The position numbers and the translations under genes are program-made. Source: Paecilomyces variotii (lineage: Eukaryota). Taken from it: DNA of 64,000 nt. The stretch lies in NCBI GenBank assembly GCA_004022145.1, contig RCNU01000010.1; one strand, 5' to 3'. Position 1 is the first letter of the stretch, and each line of letters opens with the position of its first letter. Positions 38,044 through 49,876 of the stretch are shown in pieces. A model generated the notes under the pieces. That model was not told the DNA's origin. It saw nothing but the letters and a program-made list of their open reading frames with translations, and did no database searches.

Positions 38044-39177
38044 ATGGTTGTGCAAGGTACGTTGGCATCTACATTCTTTCTCTCTCTTGGCTATCTCTGC
38101 CTCTTCCCCGCCTCTTGACCGCCAACCACTCCACCACATTATTATCTCTGCTCTGGCTTCTCCCTGGGCGCACTCATTCTGCCAAGATCTTGGGTTTCAT
38201 TCCCCTTCGTGGTGTCGAATTCCCTTGATCTCTGTGTGATTGATTGATCGGCCTTGGGATACACAATCCTTGCCGTGCGCTTTCATTTCCCCCCATTCCC
38301 AGAGATTATAAAGGAGATCGCCAGCATGCCAGGGCGATTATTGCCTGCCTCTGCATGTCTTTCTTCCCTGGCCCTTTCTGGGAGGAGACCAGGCGGGTAT
38401 CGTCACTTGTTGGCGTTTTCGTCTGGCAGAAGAGCACATTCCACCACGGATCAGTCGACTAGCACTGCATCATCCTCGTCGAACGCGAATTCTGCGTCGG
38501 ATAACCAAGTCGTTTCGCGCGCTAACGCTTCTGCTCGAGTACCATCAGACCGTTACCAAGCCGTCCTAGCCCAGAACAAGGACTGGGCGAACAGAACCTC
38601 CAAAGAATACCCAGAACTCTTCCCTACCCTCGCCTCCGGCCAGCACCCCGAGATCTTGTGGATCGGATGCTCCGACTCGCGATGCCCCGAAACCACCATC
38701 CTGGGTCTCCAGCCCGGTGACGTCTTTGTGCACCGTAACATCGCCAACGTGCTGCACGCCGGTGACCTGAACTCCGCCGCCGTCATCGAATACGCCGTTG
38801 CTCACCTCAAGGTGAAGCACATTGTTCTCTGTGGACACACTTCCTGCGGTGGTGTCGCGGCTGCTCTCGCGAACAAGAAGCTGGGTCTCATCGACAGCTG
38901 GCTGATGCCGCTGCGCACCCTGCGTGCGCAGAACCTCGAGCTCCTCCAGTCGCTGTCGCCCAGCGAGGCCTCGCTGAAGCTGGTCGAGCTGAACGTGGAG
39001 CAGGGTGTGCGCACGTTGAAGGAGAACGGAGTCGTGCTGGACGCGATTGAGGAACGAGGCCTCAAGGTTCACGGTCTGGTCTACGATGTTGGCAGCGGAA
39101 CCCTGAGGGAGATCGACACCAGCGAACCGCATGCTGCTATCAAGGCGCGGTTGACCGCTTTCAAGACCGAGGCATAG
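38044..39177 (+). CDS. NCE103: Beta-class carbonic anhydrase (Nce103-like); two candidate isoforms: spliced 38044-38056 + 38549-39177, and intron-less 38326-39177 with presequence
   Basis: Zn-ligand motifs WIGCSDSR and CGHTSCGG, plus GDVFVHRNIAN and VHGLVYDV. Confidence 0.93.
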
Positions 39178-40557
39178 AGAGGGCGGGTCTTGCTGATTCG
39201 AGACGTTTTTCGCTCTGTATAGACCTGGGCGGTTTCAAGAAGAGCAAGCGTGTGCTTTTACGAAATTCAGTTGTTTGCGCATACATACAAAAACAGGCGC
39301 GTGGTGTATGATGAAGTTGCACGTTGGAGTTGCGTGTGGAGATTCCCCTGGAGAGCAGCATGGTTGCTGAGATGTGTTGAATGATTAGCGTTATCTTTTT
39401 CCGGAGTTACAGTGTTAGTTATGTTCTAGACCAGATCGATGAGTGATCACTCGTCCCCCGAGTACCCCATAAGCGATGCAAGAGCCAATGAGACTTTTTA
39501 TATATATAAGATTCAACACCTATCCTAGTGCTTACTGCCTATGTGGCTATTATTAAGGTAGTCATTGGTACTGTACTACTTATTATTGATATGGCTTTTC
39601 TTTTTACTTTCTTTTTTCTCCCCTCCGGAAACTCATATCGTCATCTCACGGTGCCACCTTTTAAAGTCCAGATGGATTATACTTATCAATACCGATAAAT
39701 TACCCATATGATACCCTCCAGTACACGAATCCAATGTTTTATCTTCCCTTCAACCTCTTAAATAATTAATCCTAAAACATGCACTGAAGCGTTCATTGAG
39801 ATGAGTAAATACGGACTCCGATCAGAAAGCCCCGCACTAAGTATGTAACTAGGGTATTTATTTGGAACGATACGAAACAACAAACTTCGCGGGGTTACTT
39901 GACTTACCTAGGTAGTTAAACTAGTACTTACTTTATCTGAGAAACACGCTAACTTACTTGCAAATCTCTATGAGATCGTGTCGATCTTAGATAGCATTCT
40001 TAACGGGTTGGTTTTGTTTAACAAGGTCCTCGGGATTTGGGTGGTAGCTGATCTTGAGCTGATGGTTAATTCATTACCTTATCTTATCGCGAACCTCGTC
40101 GGGGTAGGTAGGTAAGTTATTATTAACTCCGCTGGTGGAGAGAAAGACAATAATAGGGATTTACATGAATATTATATATACATATATTCCACCTCTTATC
40201 TCTGATTTGTTCCTCGTTCATGCATTGATATATCACATTAGTTAATTGCCTTGTATTGTAATATAGATAACTAGTAATAATGATAATACCGGAGTTTAGA
40301 CGGAGAAACGGGAATGACACCAATGCCGACTTGCGATCCGAAAGGCTAACTAACTACATCATTCTCCTCTTTTCTTTGGCGGGGTGAATTGAACCGCTTG
40401 AGCTTCCTTTTAATGCGAATGATTCCGCTAGGGAAAGCAATTAAATAATTGAGCTGTCCTCTTTTTTTTCTCTTTTGGTGTAAGTCTCGTTTTTATCTTT
40501 TTCAATATTGAAGAGTTACTGCTATTGCATCGATCGAATAATCGATATTTGAGAGTC

Positions 40558-41966
40558 ATGGCTACTGAAATGGAATATACACGGTATGTTTTTTATCTTC
40601 ATGCGCTGTGTTTTTTTGGGATTCTTCTCTCTTTTTTTTTTTATCATCATCATCGTTAAAGATACCCGAAAATACAACGAGACTAACGTGATAATGATAA
40701 TAACAACAACAGCCTGGGTAATTCCGGCCTCAAGATCTCCAAAGTCATCCTAGGAGCCATGTCCTACGGTTCCAAGGCATGGCAGGAATGGGTCTTGGAT
40801 GAAGACGAAGCCCTCCCGCTACTGGAGCATGCGTATAAAAAGGGTATTAATACCTGGGATACGGTATGGTTCCTCCTCCTCCTCTTCTTCTTCTTGTTCT
40901 GTTTGATCAATCAATCAATCCTCTCAATTAACGCTTTTTTTCCCCCAACAACCAGGCCGACGTCTACTCCCACGGCAAATCCGAAGAAATCATCGGCAAA
41001 GCTCTTCAAAAATACAACATCCCACGTTCCCGCGTCGTCATCCTCACGAAATGCTTCTTCGGCGTCGACGAGGAGGGTAAGAACCCGCCCATCGCGGCCG
41101 TTTCGACGAATGACGGCTCCGAATGGGTCAACCGTATCGGATTGTCGAGGAAGCATATTTTCGACGCTGTTGATGCGAGCGTGAAGCGCCTGGGGACGTA
41201 TATCGATGTGCTTCAGATTCATCGTTTGGATCGCGAGACGCCTCGAGAGGAGATCATGAGGGCGTTGAATGATGTTGTGGAGAGTGGGAAGGTGCGGTAT
41301 ATTGGTGCTAGTTCGGTATGTTTTTATCTAGGTACCTACTTTACTTTGGCTTCGCCTTGTTTGGGGTCGTGGGTTTGGATTTGATTCGACTATTACTTAT
41401 TTTTGATTGCAAATGCAAATGCAAGTGAGTAGTGCTAATGTGTTGATCTCCTTCTCAAGATGGCCGCGTGGGAGTTCCAAACTCTCCAGAACATCGCCGC
41501 CCGCAATGGCTGGCACCAGTTCATTTCCATGCAGAATTACCATAACCTCATCGCGCGCGAGGAGGAGCGCGAAATGATCCCCTATTGCCAGGACACCGGC
41601 GTCGGGCTCATTCCCTGGTCTCCCTTGGCGCGAGGTGTGCTCGCCCGGCCCTGGGGTGAGCGGTCGTCGGTGCGCGAGTCAACCGACAGAGTCGTGTCGT
41701 TCCTGGTGCGCGGTCGCGAGACCGAGGGCGATCGGATGATCGTCAATCGTCTCGAGGAGATCGCGAAGAAGAAGGGAGTTAGTATGGCGCAGGTGGCGAC
41801 GGCGTGGTCGTTGAGTCATAAGGGCATGAATCCCATTCTCGGTTTGAACAGCAAGGAGCGTATCGATGAGGCTGTCGCGGCTATCAAGGTCAAGCTGTCC
41901 GAGGAGGAGATCAAGTACCTGGAGGAGCCGTATGTCGCGAAGGGGATCTCTCCTGTCGAGCGATAG
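40558..41966 (+). CDS. Aldo-keto reductase (aryl-alcohol dehydrogenase/YajO-like); exons 40558-40583, 40713-40863, 40956-41315, 41460-41966
   Basis: MEYTRLGNSGLKISKVILGAMSYG, GINTWDTADVYSHGKSEEIIG, LGTYIDVLQIHR, GKVRYIGASS, PWSPLARG. Confidence 0.92.
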
Positions 41967-42598
41967 AAAGTGAGCGCTTCCAGGGTTTGTTGCATGCTTG
42001 GTTAAACAGCTGGTCCCTATGACTATGCCATGCGAAATATATAGCAGAAACACCACGGAAATATTACGCAATTAAGTCAAAAGAAACAATGACTGTACAA
42101 GGAATACGAAAGCCAAGGGTTTTAACACCCGAGGATACTCCTGAGAAATAACAGATTCAACCAGTGAATTAAGTGGTCCAGACAAAGGAAATGACTCAGA
42201 ATTGAGGTATACTCTGTCAAGAGAAGAAAAGATATAATATGTACACATACATGTCCAACCCTCCTGAGGGTGACAGTAAAGGAAATGAGACGATATAGAT
42301 CCATATCGTGATTCGGTCTCGACACAAACTCCATCAGCCACCCAGATGCGATAATTCGATGATGCTAGTGATGCAGAAAAGGAGATAACGCAGTTGATGC
42401 AAATGGATAATGAGGGTATAAGAATGCGGTAGCTTTTTTAGGGGCCACTGGCGCTCTGGTGCTTGCGCAAGAGTGGTTCACTTCAGTCGTAAATTGCGTC
42501 GTCAATGGGTCAAGAGAGGAGACCAGCAGATACCGCCCCAGCGTACGTGTAGAGAGGCCTGGATGCAGGATCATTCCATGATTCATACAAGCAGCCCA

Positions 42599-44359
42599 TT
42601 AACGGGTATTCCTTCTGCTGCTAAACAAATTGCTGAGACGACGCCATCGACTGTGCTTATCAGAGCTCTTCTGGTGCGTCTGATTGCCGGTTTTGCCGCA
42701 TAATTTGACCCGAGGCTCACAACAGCCGCCTCGTTCATCAACAGTTGCAACCGACGGTTCGACAGTTGATCTATTCACCGTACCAACTTTGTTCTCTTTC
42801 CTATCAAACGCCTGGCTGGAGCTGGGCGGAGGTTGCTCAGAACCAAGTGCTGGCGAAAAGGAACCTCGATCAGGAGAGCCAGCAAACATGGTGTGGCGTT
42901 TACTAGCGGAAGAGGCGCTGCGCCTGTTGGCCCTCTCCATGAAGGCAGCGCCTGTTGACCTTGCCCGTTTAGGAACGTTTAAACTCGCGAGTGACTTCGA
43001 GCTCTCTGCTGTAGGCAGAGACGGACTCTGTCGCATGCTCGAGTGCCGCATTTTATTTCCCATCAGATTTAGACTCCTCCGGTGAGTATCCTTGTCCGCG
43101 GAGCCTTCTGTTTCGTCCAGAGTTGCCTGGTGTTTGGGACGAATGGGAGAGCACAAGCTGCCAGAGGATATGCCCGCCATCAAATCGTTGTACAGAGGAT
43201 CCTGGGACCAACCTTCTCTGAAAGCTACATAGATCCCAGTGATCATGATGAGAGTGCGCAGATTGTCGTCTGTATCGAACACTGTGCCGGCTGGATCGTT
43301 CGACATGACCGACGTAGGAGAGAGTGGTGACATTGACGCATCGTAGGATGGAGAGGGGATAGTGTATTGATGGTAGACATCAATGCTGCTGCGGGTCATA
43401 GACGCGATGACCGGGTGCCGTCGTGTATTTGGGTCGATGACACTGAAAGTGAACCGTCTGTTGTCCGTCGCATTCTCGAGAGAAGACATATCGACCGGTG
43501 CAGAAACCCTTCGGTTGCTTTTCCCTCTCAGTACCCATCTCACGGTTCGACGCCCTTGCTTAGTCGCAGTGACGAATTCATAAGAGCCGTTAGGAAGGGG
43601 CGTGGCTTCCCATGGAGATCCGTATCTAAGACATATCTCAACTTTGCCCTTCTGTCTGGCATCTTCCGTAAGAAGCTGACAGATTGTGGCAATGACCTCC
43701 CTGTGATCCTCGGACTCATCTTCCTCTGAGACACTCCGCTCGTCGTCTTCTGCACCCAGCCCAGAGTAGATGTCACTATTCACTATAATCAGATCATTGG
43801 GACCCAGCCCATGCCTGCCCCTAAACATGGTAGGAAACCTGCGAGCCAACCTCGGCACAAAGGTAATCGAGGGCAGCACATCCAGCGCGGGAATAGGGCG
43901 TGGTGTCTGCGACACCTGCTGCAATTGAAGCAGCAATTTTGGTCTGATCCTTAGCCGCTTATGACGGGGGTTTCGTGGAGGGTGTGCTAGTCGGAAAGAG
44001 GTCTTGTTTCGACGCCTTCGTCCAGAGGCCGAAACGATGGTCTTGGTCTCCGTCGTATCTGAGTGTACGGCTGAGAAATCATCGTCGCTGGTGGAAGGTC
44101 GCCTGCTAGCTGGGTTGGACGGCATACCCAATGCTTCTTTGACGTTTTGTAGAGGTGCAGGGATGTTGAACGGGCGAGGTAGGTTGAAGGACGGCAACAC
44201 AGCAGCAAAGGCAATGGCTGGGTTCGACGATGCAGCTGCGTGAGACGTTGGGGACATAGGCGGCGTGTTAAGCGGACTTTGGGAGGCCGACGAAGGCGTG
44301 GAAAGCTCGTGTCGATGAGCTGCTGCTGCGTCCGCTGTCATCCCCAGGTTAAAGAACAT
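42599..44359 (-). CDS. Hypothetical protein, intron-less, Ser/Arg-rich termini around an ordered core
   Basis: Long uninterrupted ORF; first ATG at 44359 (MFFNLGMTAD); core KLLLQLQQVSQTPRPIPALDVLPS...WEATPLPNGSYEF...FTFSVIDPNTRRHPVIASM...LIMITGIYVAFREGW looks like a folded domain; function not recognised. Confidence 0.8.
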   Translation of the reverse strand: MFFNLGMTADAAAAHRHELSTPSSASQSPLNTPPMSPTSHAAASSNPAIAFAAVLPSFNLPRPFNIPAPLQNVKEALGMPSNPASRRPSTSDDDFSAVHSDTTETKTIVSASGRRRRNKTSFRLAHPPRNPRHKRLRIRPKLLLQLQQVSQTPRPIPALDVLPSITFVPRLARRFPTMFRGRHGLGPNDLIIVNSDIYSGLGAEDDERSVSEEDESEDHREVIATICQLLTEDARQKGKVEICLRYGSPWEATPLPNGSYEFVTATKQGRRTVRWVLRGKSNRRVSAPVDMSSLENATDNRRFTFSVIDPNTRRHPVIASMTRSSIDVYHQYTIPSPSYDASMSPLSPTSVMSNDPAGTVFDTDDNLRTLIMITGIYVAFREGWSQDPLYNDLMAGISSGSLCSPIRPKHQATLDETEGSADKDTHRRSLNLMGNKMRHSSMRQSPSLPTAESSKSLASLNVPKRARSTGAAFMERANRRSASSASKRHTMFAGSPDRGSFSPALGSEQPPPSSSQAFDRKENKVGTVNRSTVEPSVATVDERGGCCEPRVKLCGKTGNQTHQKSSDKHSRWRRLSNLFSSRRNTR

Positions 44360-46611
44360 CGTTGACCGCGGGAAGGACAACCTGTAGATCAGGGAAGCAT
44401 AACACCAGTGCCCAGACAGCAGCCAAGCGGGCAATTTACGTCAAGGTTCCCGATGAGCGCCAGTCCCGAGGCACACCGTATATTCCAGGTATTTTGTTCA
44501 AGTTGTGAGGATGTATTGATCCACTACCTAGGTAGTAGTATCAGATTGGCCGATGGATACTTTCCTTCCCAGTAGTGGCTACCTGCGCGTGTTCGTATCT
44601 GCCAAAGAGGAGACACGAGCGCAGCACGGCCACACAGACAGGGAGATACGCGAAAATGATTGAGAACGTCTGGGGTTCAACATAGATTAGACTTGAGGGG
44701 CATTCGCCAGGTTCGGATATGTAAGGGGTGGCTGTGACAAGGAGGTTGCGCATACTCTGTACTCCACAAACGGATCTCGTTGTACAGCCTGCTCTCTGGG
44801 CGTATCCTTCCAGAGCCTGCTGGGACTTGGTTTGGATATCTTCTTTCTTGCTTGACGGGATACAGGACGTTACTTGTCCGCACAGAATGCTCTCACCACG
44901 AGCAAGAATGAATGAATGACGGAGAAGTGCGAGGTCCGACCTGCGGCCCTCACGAGTTCATAAGAATCAGAAATGGGCGCTGTGGCAGCGGCCCGTATTC
45001 GAGGTCAGCTAGTTGACTTACACCGGCCTGCCAGGGCGCTGACTGGGCTGAAGCCTGAACCGGCAGCGATTGTTAGCAACGCTCACGATGGGGTTTTCGC
45101 TGGCGGTGGGGAAGGACCAGTCTAGCTCCGGCTCTCCGCCCTGCGAAATGGAGGCAACCTTTTTTTTTTCTCTCTCTTTTACAGTATTATTATTCACCGT
45201 CTTATGCCAGAACGGAGTCTCGGATCATAGGTGTCCGTTGCCGTGGATGGTTCACGATCTAATTACAGAATAGTAAAAATAATATTACCCCTCCCTTATG
45301 CATCTTCATTTTGCTCTGCATAATTCCTTTTTCATTCCGTTCCTACGCGGACTCACTCACCATTATTTTCTAACTAATGATTGTTTATTATTATTATCAT
45401 TATTATCAGAATCCCATCAGCAATAATCAAATGGCCCCGTTTCATATGACCATCGCCACTTCAGAGGTGAGCTGGCCCCAGACTATTTGCGTCCTACACC
45501 GTCTAACTTAGTAATTAAGTAACATCCGGCCCCCGCCTACCAGAAAACTACTGAAAACCAACCACATGATGGATCCTTCAGCGGATCTGAGTGAGGATAA
45601 TCTTTACGTGCCGTAAGCGGATCCATCCGGGCATCGCAACCAGTCATGAAGAGCAGATAAGTTATAGTCGAGAAAGGGTTCTTGTCTTACGGATCGCCGG
45701 ATGAAATCTACTCGGGCGGGCAACCGAGGCTCCGACACGGCGAGCGGATGATCCCAGAGACCGAAAGGATCATCTGTACGGAGTACGGAGAACGAGAGTG
45801 CGAATATCCGGTGCCTGGACGTGGAGTTGTCGGTATATTACTCATTACATGTCCGCCGTTCTCTGGTCGGCTTCTTGGCCCTCGTCCCTGGAATGCGACC
45901 TGACCCGATTCGCCTAGGAGGATCGAGTGGCTGCTGATCATCTAGTTAAACATAACTAACTAATCGGCCCCTATTAACTATTCTGGACCCGCGCTTATTA
46001 GTTGACTAACTACAATGGCTCACGTCAGCGGGAGCTGGAAATTCTAGTTAGAAACGATTTGAATTCCGGATGAAGCAAAAAATACGAGCGCTGCTGACTG
46101 GTCCGCCGCTTCGTCCGGATATAAAATTAGATCGATCCCTGGTGCCTGGGGAAGTCCGCCACCCTGCTTAACCTAGGTATCTTTTTTCAGTAGTAGACTG
46201 TAGCCGCAAACGGTGTTCCGTTTCGTTGTGGCGCGGCGTTCCCAAAAAAAACCCCGTCTTTTTTTTTCCTGAGGCTGAGCACTGGATCGTGACGTCGAGA
46301 GTCGAGACACACGTGAGCTTTTTCCTAGGAGGATCAAGTAGAGTTACAATTGGTAGATAGTAACAGGTCTGTTGGGGATACACAGCCACGGGACCTTCTT
46401 CAGCAGTTGTGTAGAAGGGTAAATATGTAAAGAAGAGATGGATCTGACTTCGCCTCAATAACAATACTCCAGAGTAGAGGAGGCTGAGCAGTACCACGCG
46501 AGGTTGCTGACATCGCATCCAGGTCTATCTGGTAGTTTACGTTCAGTAGTTATGTCCATATGCAGAATGGTATGAGAGAAAAAGATCATAGGAATAATAT
46601 GACACGAGCAT

Positions 46612-46626
46612 AAAAAAATCAAAAAA
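46612..46626 (-). terminator. RNA polymerase III oligo(dT) terminator of the tRNA gene
   Basis: Two T-runs on the minus strand starting about 10 nt downstream of the tRNA 3' end. Confidence 0.7.
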
Positions 46627-46636
46627 GAAATCGTAA

Positions 46637-46726
46637 TGGGGTGAACCGGGATCGAACCGGTGACCTTCAGATTGCTTGGCTGAAGTGAGCTTCAGTCTGA
46701 CGCGCTCCCAACTACGCCACCGCCCC
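46637..46726 (-). tRNA. tRNA-Phe(GAA) with a 17-nt intron (46689-46673)
   Basis: Reverse complement GGGGCGG-TG-GCGT-AGTTGGGA-GCGC-G-TCAGA-CTGAAG-[ctcacttcagccaagca]-A-TCTGA-AGGTC-ACCGG-TTCGATC-CCGGT-TCACCCC-A folds as a cloverleaf, with the intron at the canonical 37/38 position. Confidence 0.95.
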
Positions 46727-47513
46727 ATTTGATGAAAGGACGCTTGATTTTACGCTAATTGAACCTTTTCAGTTTCGGAGAGGTGAGTTCCTTCTACTGA
46801 TGAAAGCTACCCAAGTATTTGGCGTCTATAGCTAACGGGGGCCATTCGACCTAGATAATGCCCATGTGTGTTTCTATTATTCCGAAGCAAAACATCGTCC
46901 ATTGTACCCTTGGGCTCTTTGTTATGCGCCACCGCTGTTCTCCGCTATGGAGACGGTCTGAAATATATAAACAAGATCAAGTGCCGATCTAGTATTGTGC
47001 ATGAACCATCAGCCCCAACAGCCCTACTTAGTAGAGTGGTTGACCGTTGGGCAGACCGGCACTACGAGGATCATAGAGTCGGTCTTTATTCTAGACCCTA
47101 CTAGCAGCCATAGCATCTCCCATCACTGGACACTGGATTATACGCAGGTAGTCTACTAAACATCTAGTTGGCTGATCGACCGGACAGCAATTGATGACAT
47201 AAGCAGCCGAATGTTGCGTGTCCCTGACTGCTTGAACAGACTGCCAATGAGCACCAGGATAATACTTCAGTAACCTGGTCGCCAATTGTCCCGGTATCTC
47301 TTACTCGAGCGGAAAATAGACTAACATTGCTTCTCCGCTTCTTATCCCTGATCTACCGCCTTAGTCGATCTCGGGAGCATCCGTCGATAGCTGACCCAGC
47401 TGCAGCACCATATCGTGCATCGGTCTACATGAGTTCGCGCTGGCCGAGCCCGAAGACCTAGTAGTTCCACGGAGCTCCCACCAGTTCATGAGTTCCTCAA
47501 CGCAGAGATTGAC

Positions 47514-49004
47514 ATGGCTACGTGGGAGCGCGCATACACACAGGCTCTGCTACACCCCGTGAAGTCACTGGCCGTTGTCTTCTGGGCCTGGAAACTCATC
47601 CTCTTTCTCACTGTTTCTCTCAGCCCGGGACCTGGATACGATACATGCGCAACACTGTTGCCATTACGGGAACCAGATACCTCGGACTCTGCGACGCGTT
47701 TCGGACATTCAGGTCTCCCATCAATCCTCCTGAGATTCGTCAGATGGGATTCCATCTATTTCCTCCGAGTGGCCGAACGGGGCTATCTGTTCGAGCAGGA
47801 ATGGGCTTGGGGATATGGATACACTAAGCTGCTCTCCATTCTCACTTCGGGTACGCGGTTCTTTGCTCCCTCCCTTGCGGTGTGATGTCTAACTTTGACA
47901 TAGTTTTCCACCGGACGGACGAAATGGGCGGAGCGGCTAAAATAGCCGTTGTAGGAGTGGGACTGTCCCATTTCACCCATTTTTTGTCAGTTCTGGCACT
48001 GTATGGTCTGACCAAAAAAGCATTCGGGACTGAGAAGATATCCGAGAAGGCTTTCTGCTTCCTGTCAGCTTTACTGCATATCATCACCCCCGCGGGCGCA
48101 TTTCTCTCTGCACCGTATGCAGAAGCTCCGTTCTCCCTACTCAACTTTGCGGGCTTTTATCTATATGCATCTGCTCTTCACAATGACCGCCCCGGGAAGT
48201 CTGCCCTGAGAGATGCGCAGTTACTCCTGGCCGCATCTTCCTTTGCCACTGCAACGACTGTTCGTAGCAATGGTATCATCAGCGGATCATTGTTCGCCTA
48301 CGACTGCGTAGTACTCCTCTTTCAGATCCTATCCCGCGGCGTGTCGGTGGATGCTGTTCACCGCCTGATCATCACCATATTGGGTGGTATCATCATCGCG
48401 CTGGGCATGATATTACCGCAGTACGTGGCCTACACATCGTACTGTGCAACAGAAACGCTCACTCGGCCATGGTGCCAACGGCTTATCCCAAGCATTTATA
48501 CCTGGGTACAATCTGAATACTGGTGAGACCCCTCTATAGAAGGTACCTGGTTGCCCAGAAGTTAACTGTTTCCACAGGAACGTAGGCTTTTTGAGGTACT
48601 GGACGTTATCCAACCTTCCATTGTTCTGCCTTGCTGCACCAATGCTGGCCATTCTGATGCTATCCTCTGTATGGTCCTTCAAAACCTTCGCTAGAGCGAC
48701 AGAGAAAGGCCTCGCGAATGGCGGGAATAGCCATCAAGAGAACATCAAGCAGAAAGTTCTGCTGCGGTTGGCCATTCCGCAAGCTCTGCTTGCTGTAGCT
48801 GCCCTTACCAGTTATCATGTTCAAATCATCAATCGGATATCTTCTGGATACCCGTTATGGTACTGGTACATAGTAGCCCATGTCCTCGAGGCCTACCGTT
48901 CCCCCAAATCAGGAAGCCGTAAGTATACGGCTATCGTACGGGGAATGGTTGTTTACGCGCTCACCCAGGCTGTTCTTTTTGGGTCCTTTCTTCCACCAGC
49001 CTGA
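47514..49004 (+). CDS. GPI18: GPI mannosyltransferase 2 (PIG-V/Gpi18); exons about 47514-47850, 47904-48522, 48578-49004
   Basis: GPGYDT, RWDSIYFLRVAERGYLFEQEWAW, FLSAPYAEAPF, RSNG, YW/NVGFLRYWT, HVQIINRISSGYP and C-terminal FLPPA. Confidence 0.93.
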
Positions 49005-49876
49005 GCTCAAAACGTGACGGTGATAATTTCCAAATAGATACCGAGTCGTGGTTTCACGGCGTGAATTTTCTCTAGATTTATTATGAGTACAATGCCTTAA
49101 GAATAATATCCAGCTAGTTAGTTAGTTATATGTGGATGATTACGCACATCGAGTCTGCCTGGAAATGCATGGGCGAACTATAAGAATTTGCAAGCCACCT
49201 GCTCAAGCACCTCCCGGTGATACCCCTCTATTCATTGTCAACCATCCAGCGGCTCGATAGTCTCTCCTGTACCAATAACCCCACAACAATAACCCTTTGA
49301 AGCGTCATTGTATAGGTGAATTGTGAGGTGACTCGAAAGGCAACCCCGAGGGCGAAACTGCGGCGGATGTTACGTAGAATTATGTCATCCCGCTCTGCCA
49401 CTGTGACTGGCCGAAACTCAATCATCTCCAACTTGGGACAGCCTCAGTATCGCGTGAGGAGCTCGGTTCCCTCAGTCAAAAAAGCTTGAAACACCGCATA
49501 CACCTGGCAGCTTGTTGGTTTCGGGTTAGCCAGCTGCAAATAAGTGACCAGTTAGTGTCGTGTTCTTGAAGTCTTGACGATTTCGCAAGGCGCCGTGCTC
49601 AGCTGGCCGCTGCGACCTGGTCTGACCAAGCAGTGCCCATGCGAACAACGCTGAGGACGTTCTCAGCCTCCTCAGTGTCAAACTATCCAAAATCCATGGG
49701 AATTCGTGGTTTTTCGATTTTATTTTACAGCAGGTAATGTATGCTGACCAGCAAACCTCATCCTGTACGGCAGATGTCAGCCAGGTAGCTAATCTGAAGC
49801 TCTGTTCACAGTGCTCACCTCTAAGACGTCACTCCGCAGCATCCGCCGCACAACTCCCTTTCCCTAGTCCTCGATT

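Noticed and set aside
39175..42005. Stop-codon readthrough giving cryptic PTS1 on the carbonic anhydrase or aldo-keto reductase (also checked NAT and FBP1)
   Set aside because: No TGA-CTA context at these stops, and the extensions I translated do not end in an SKL-like tripeptide.
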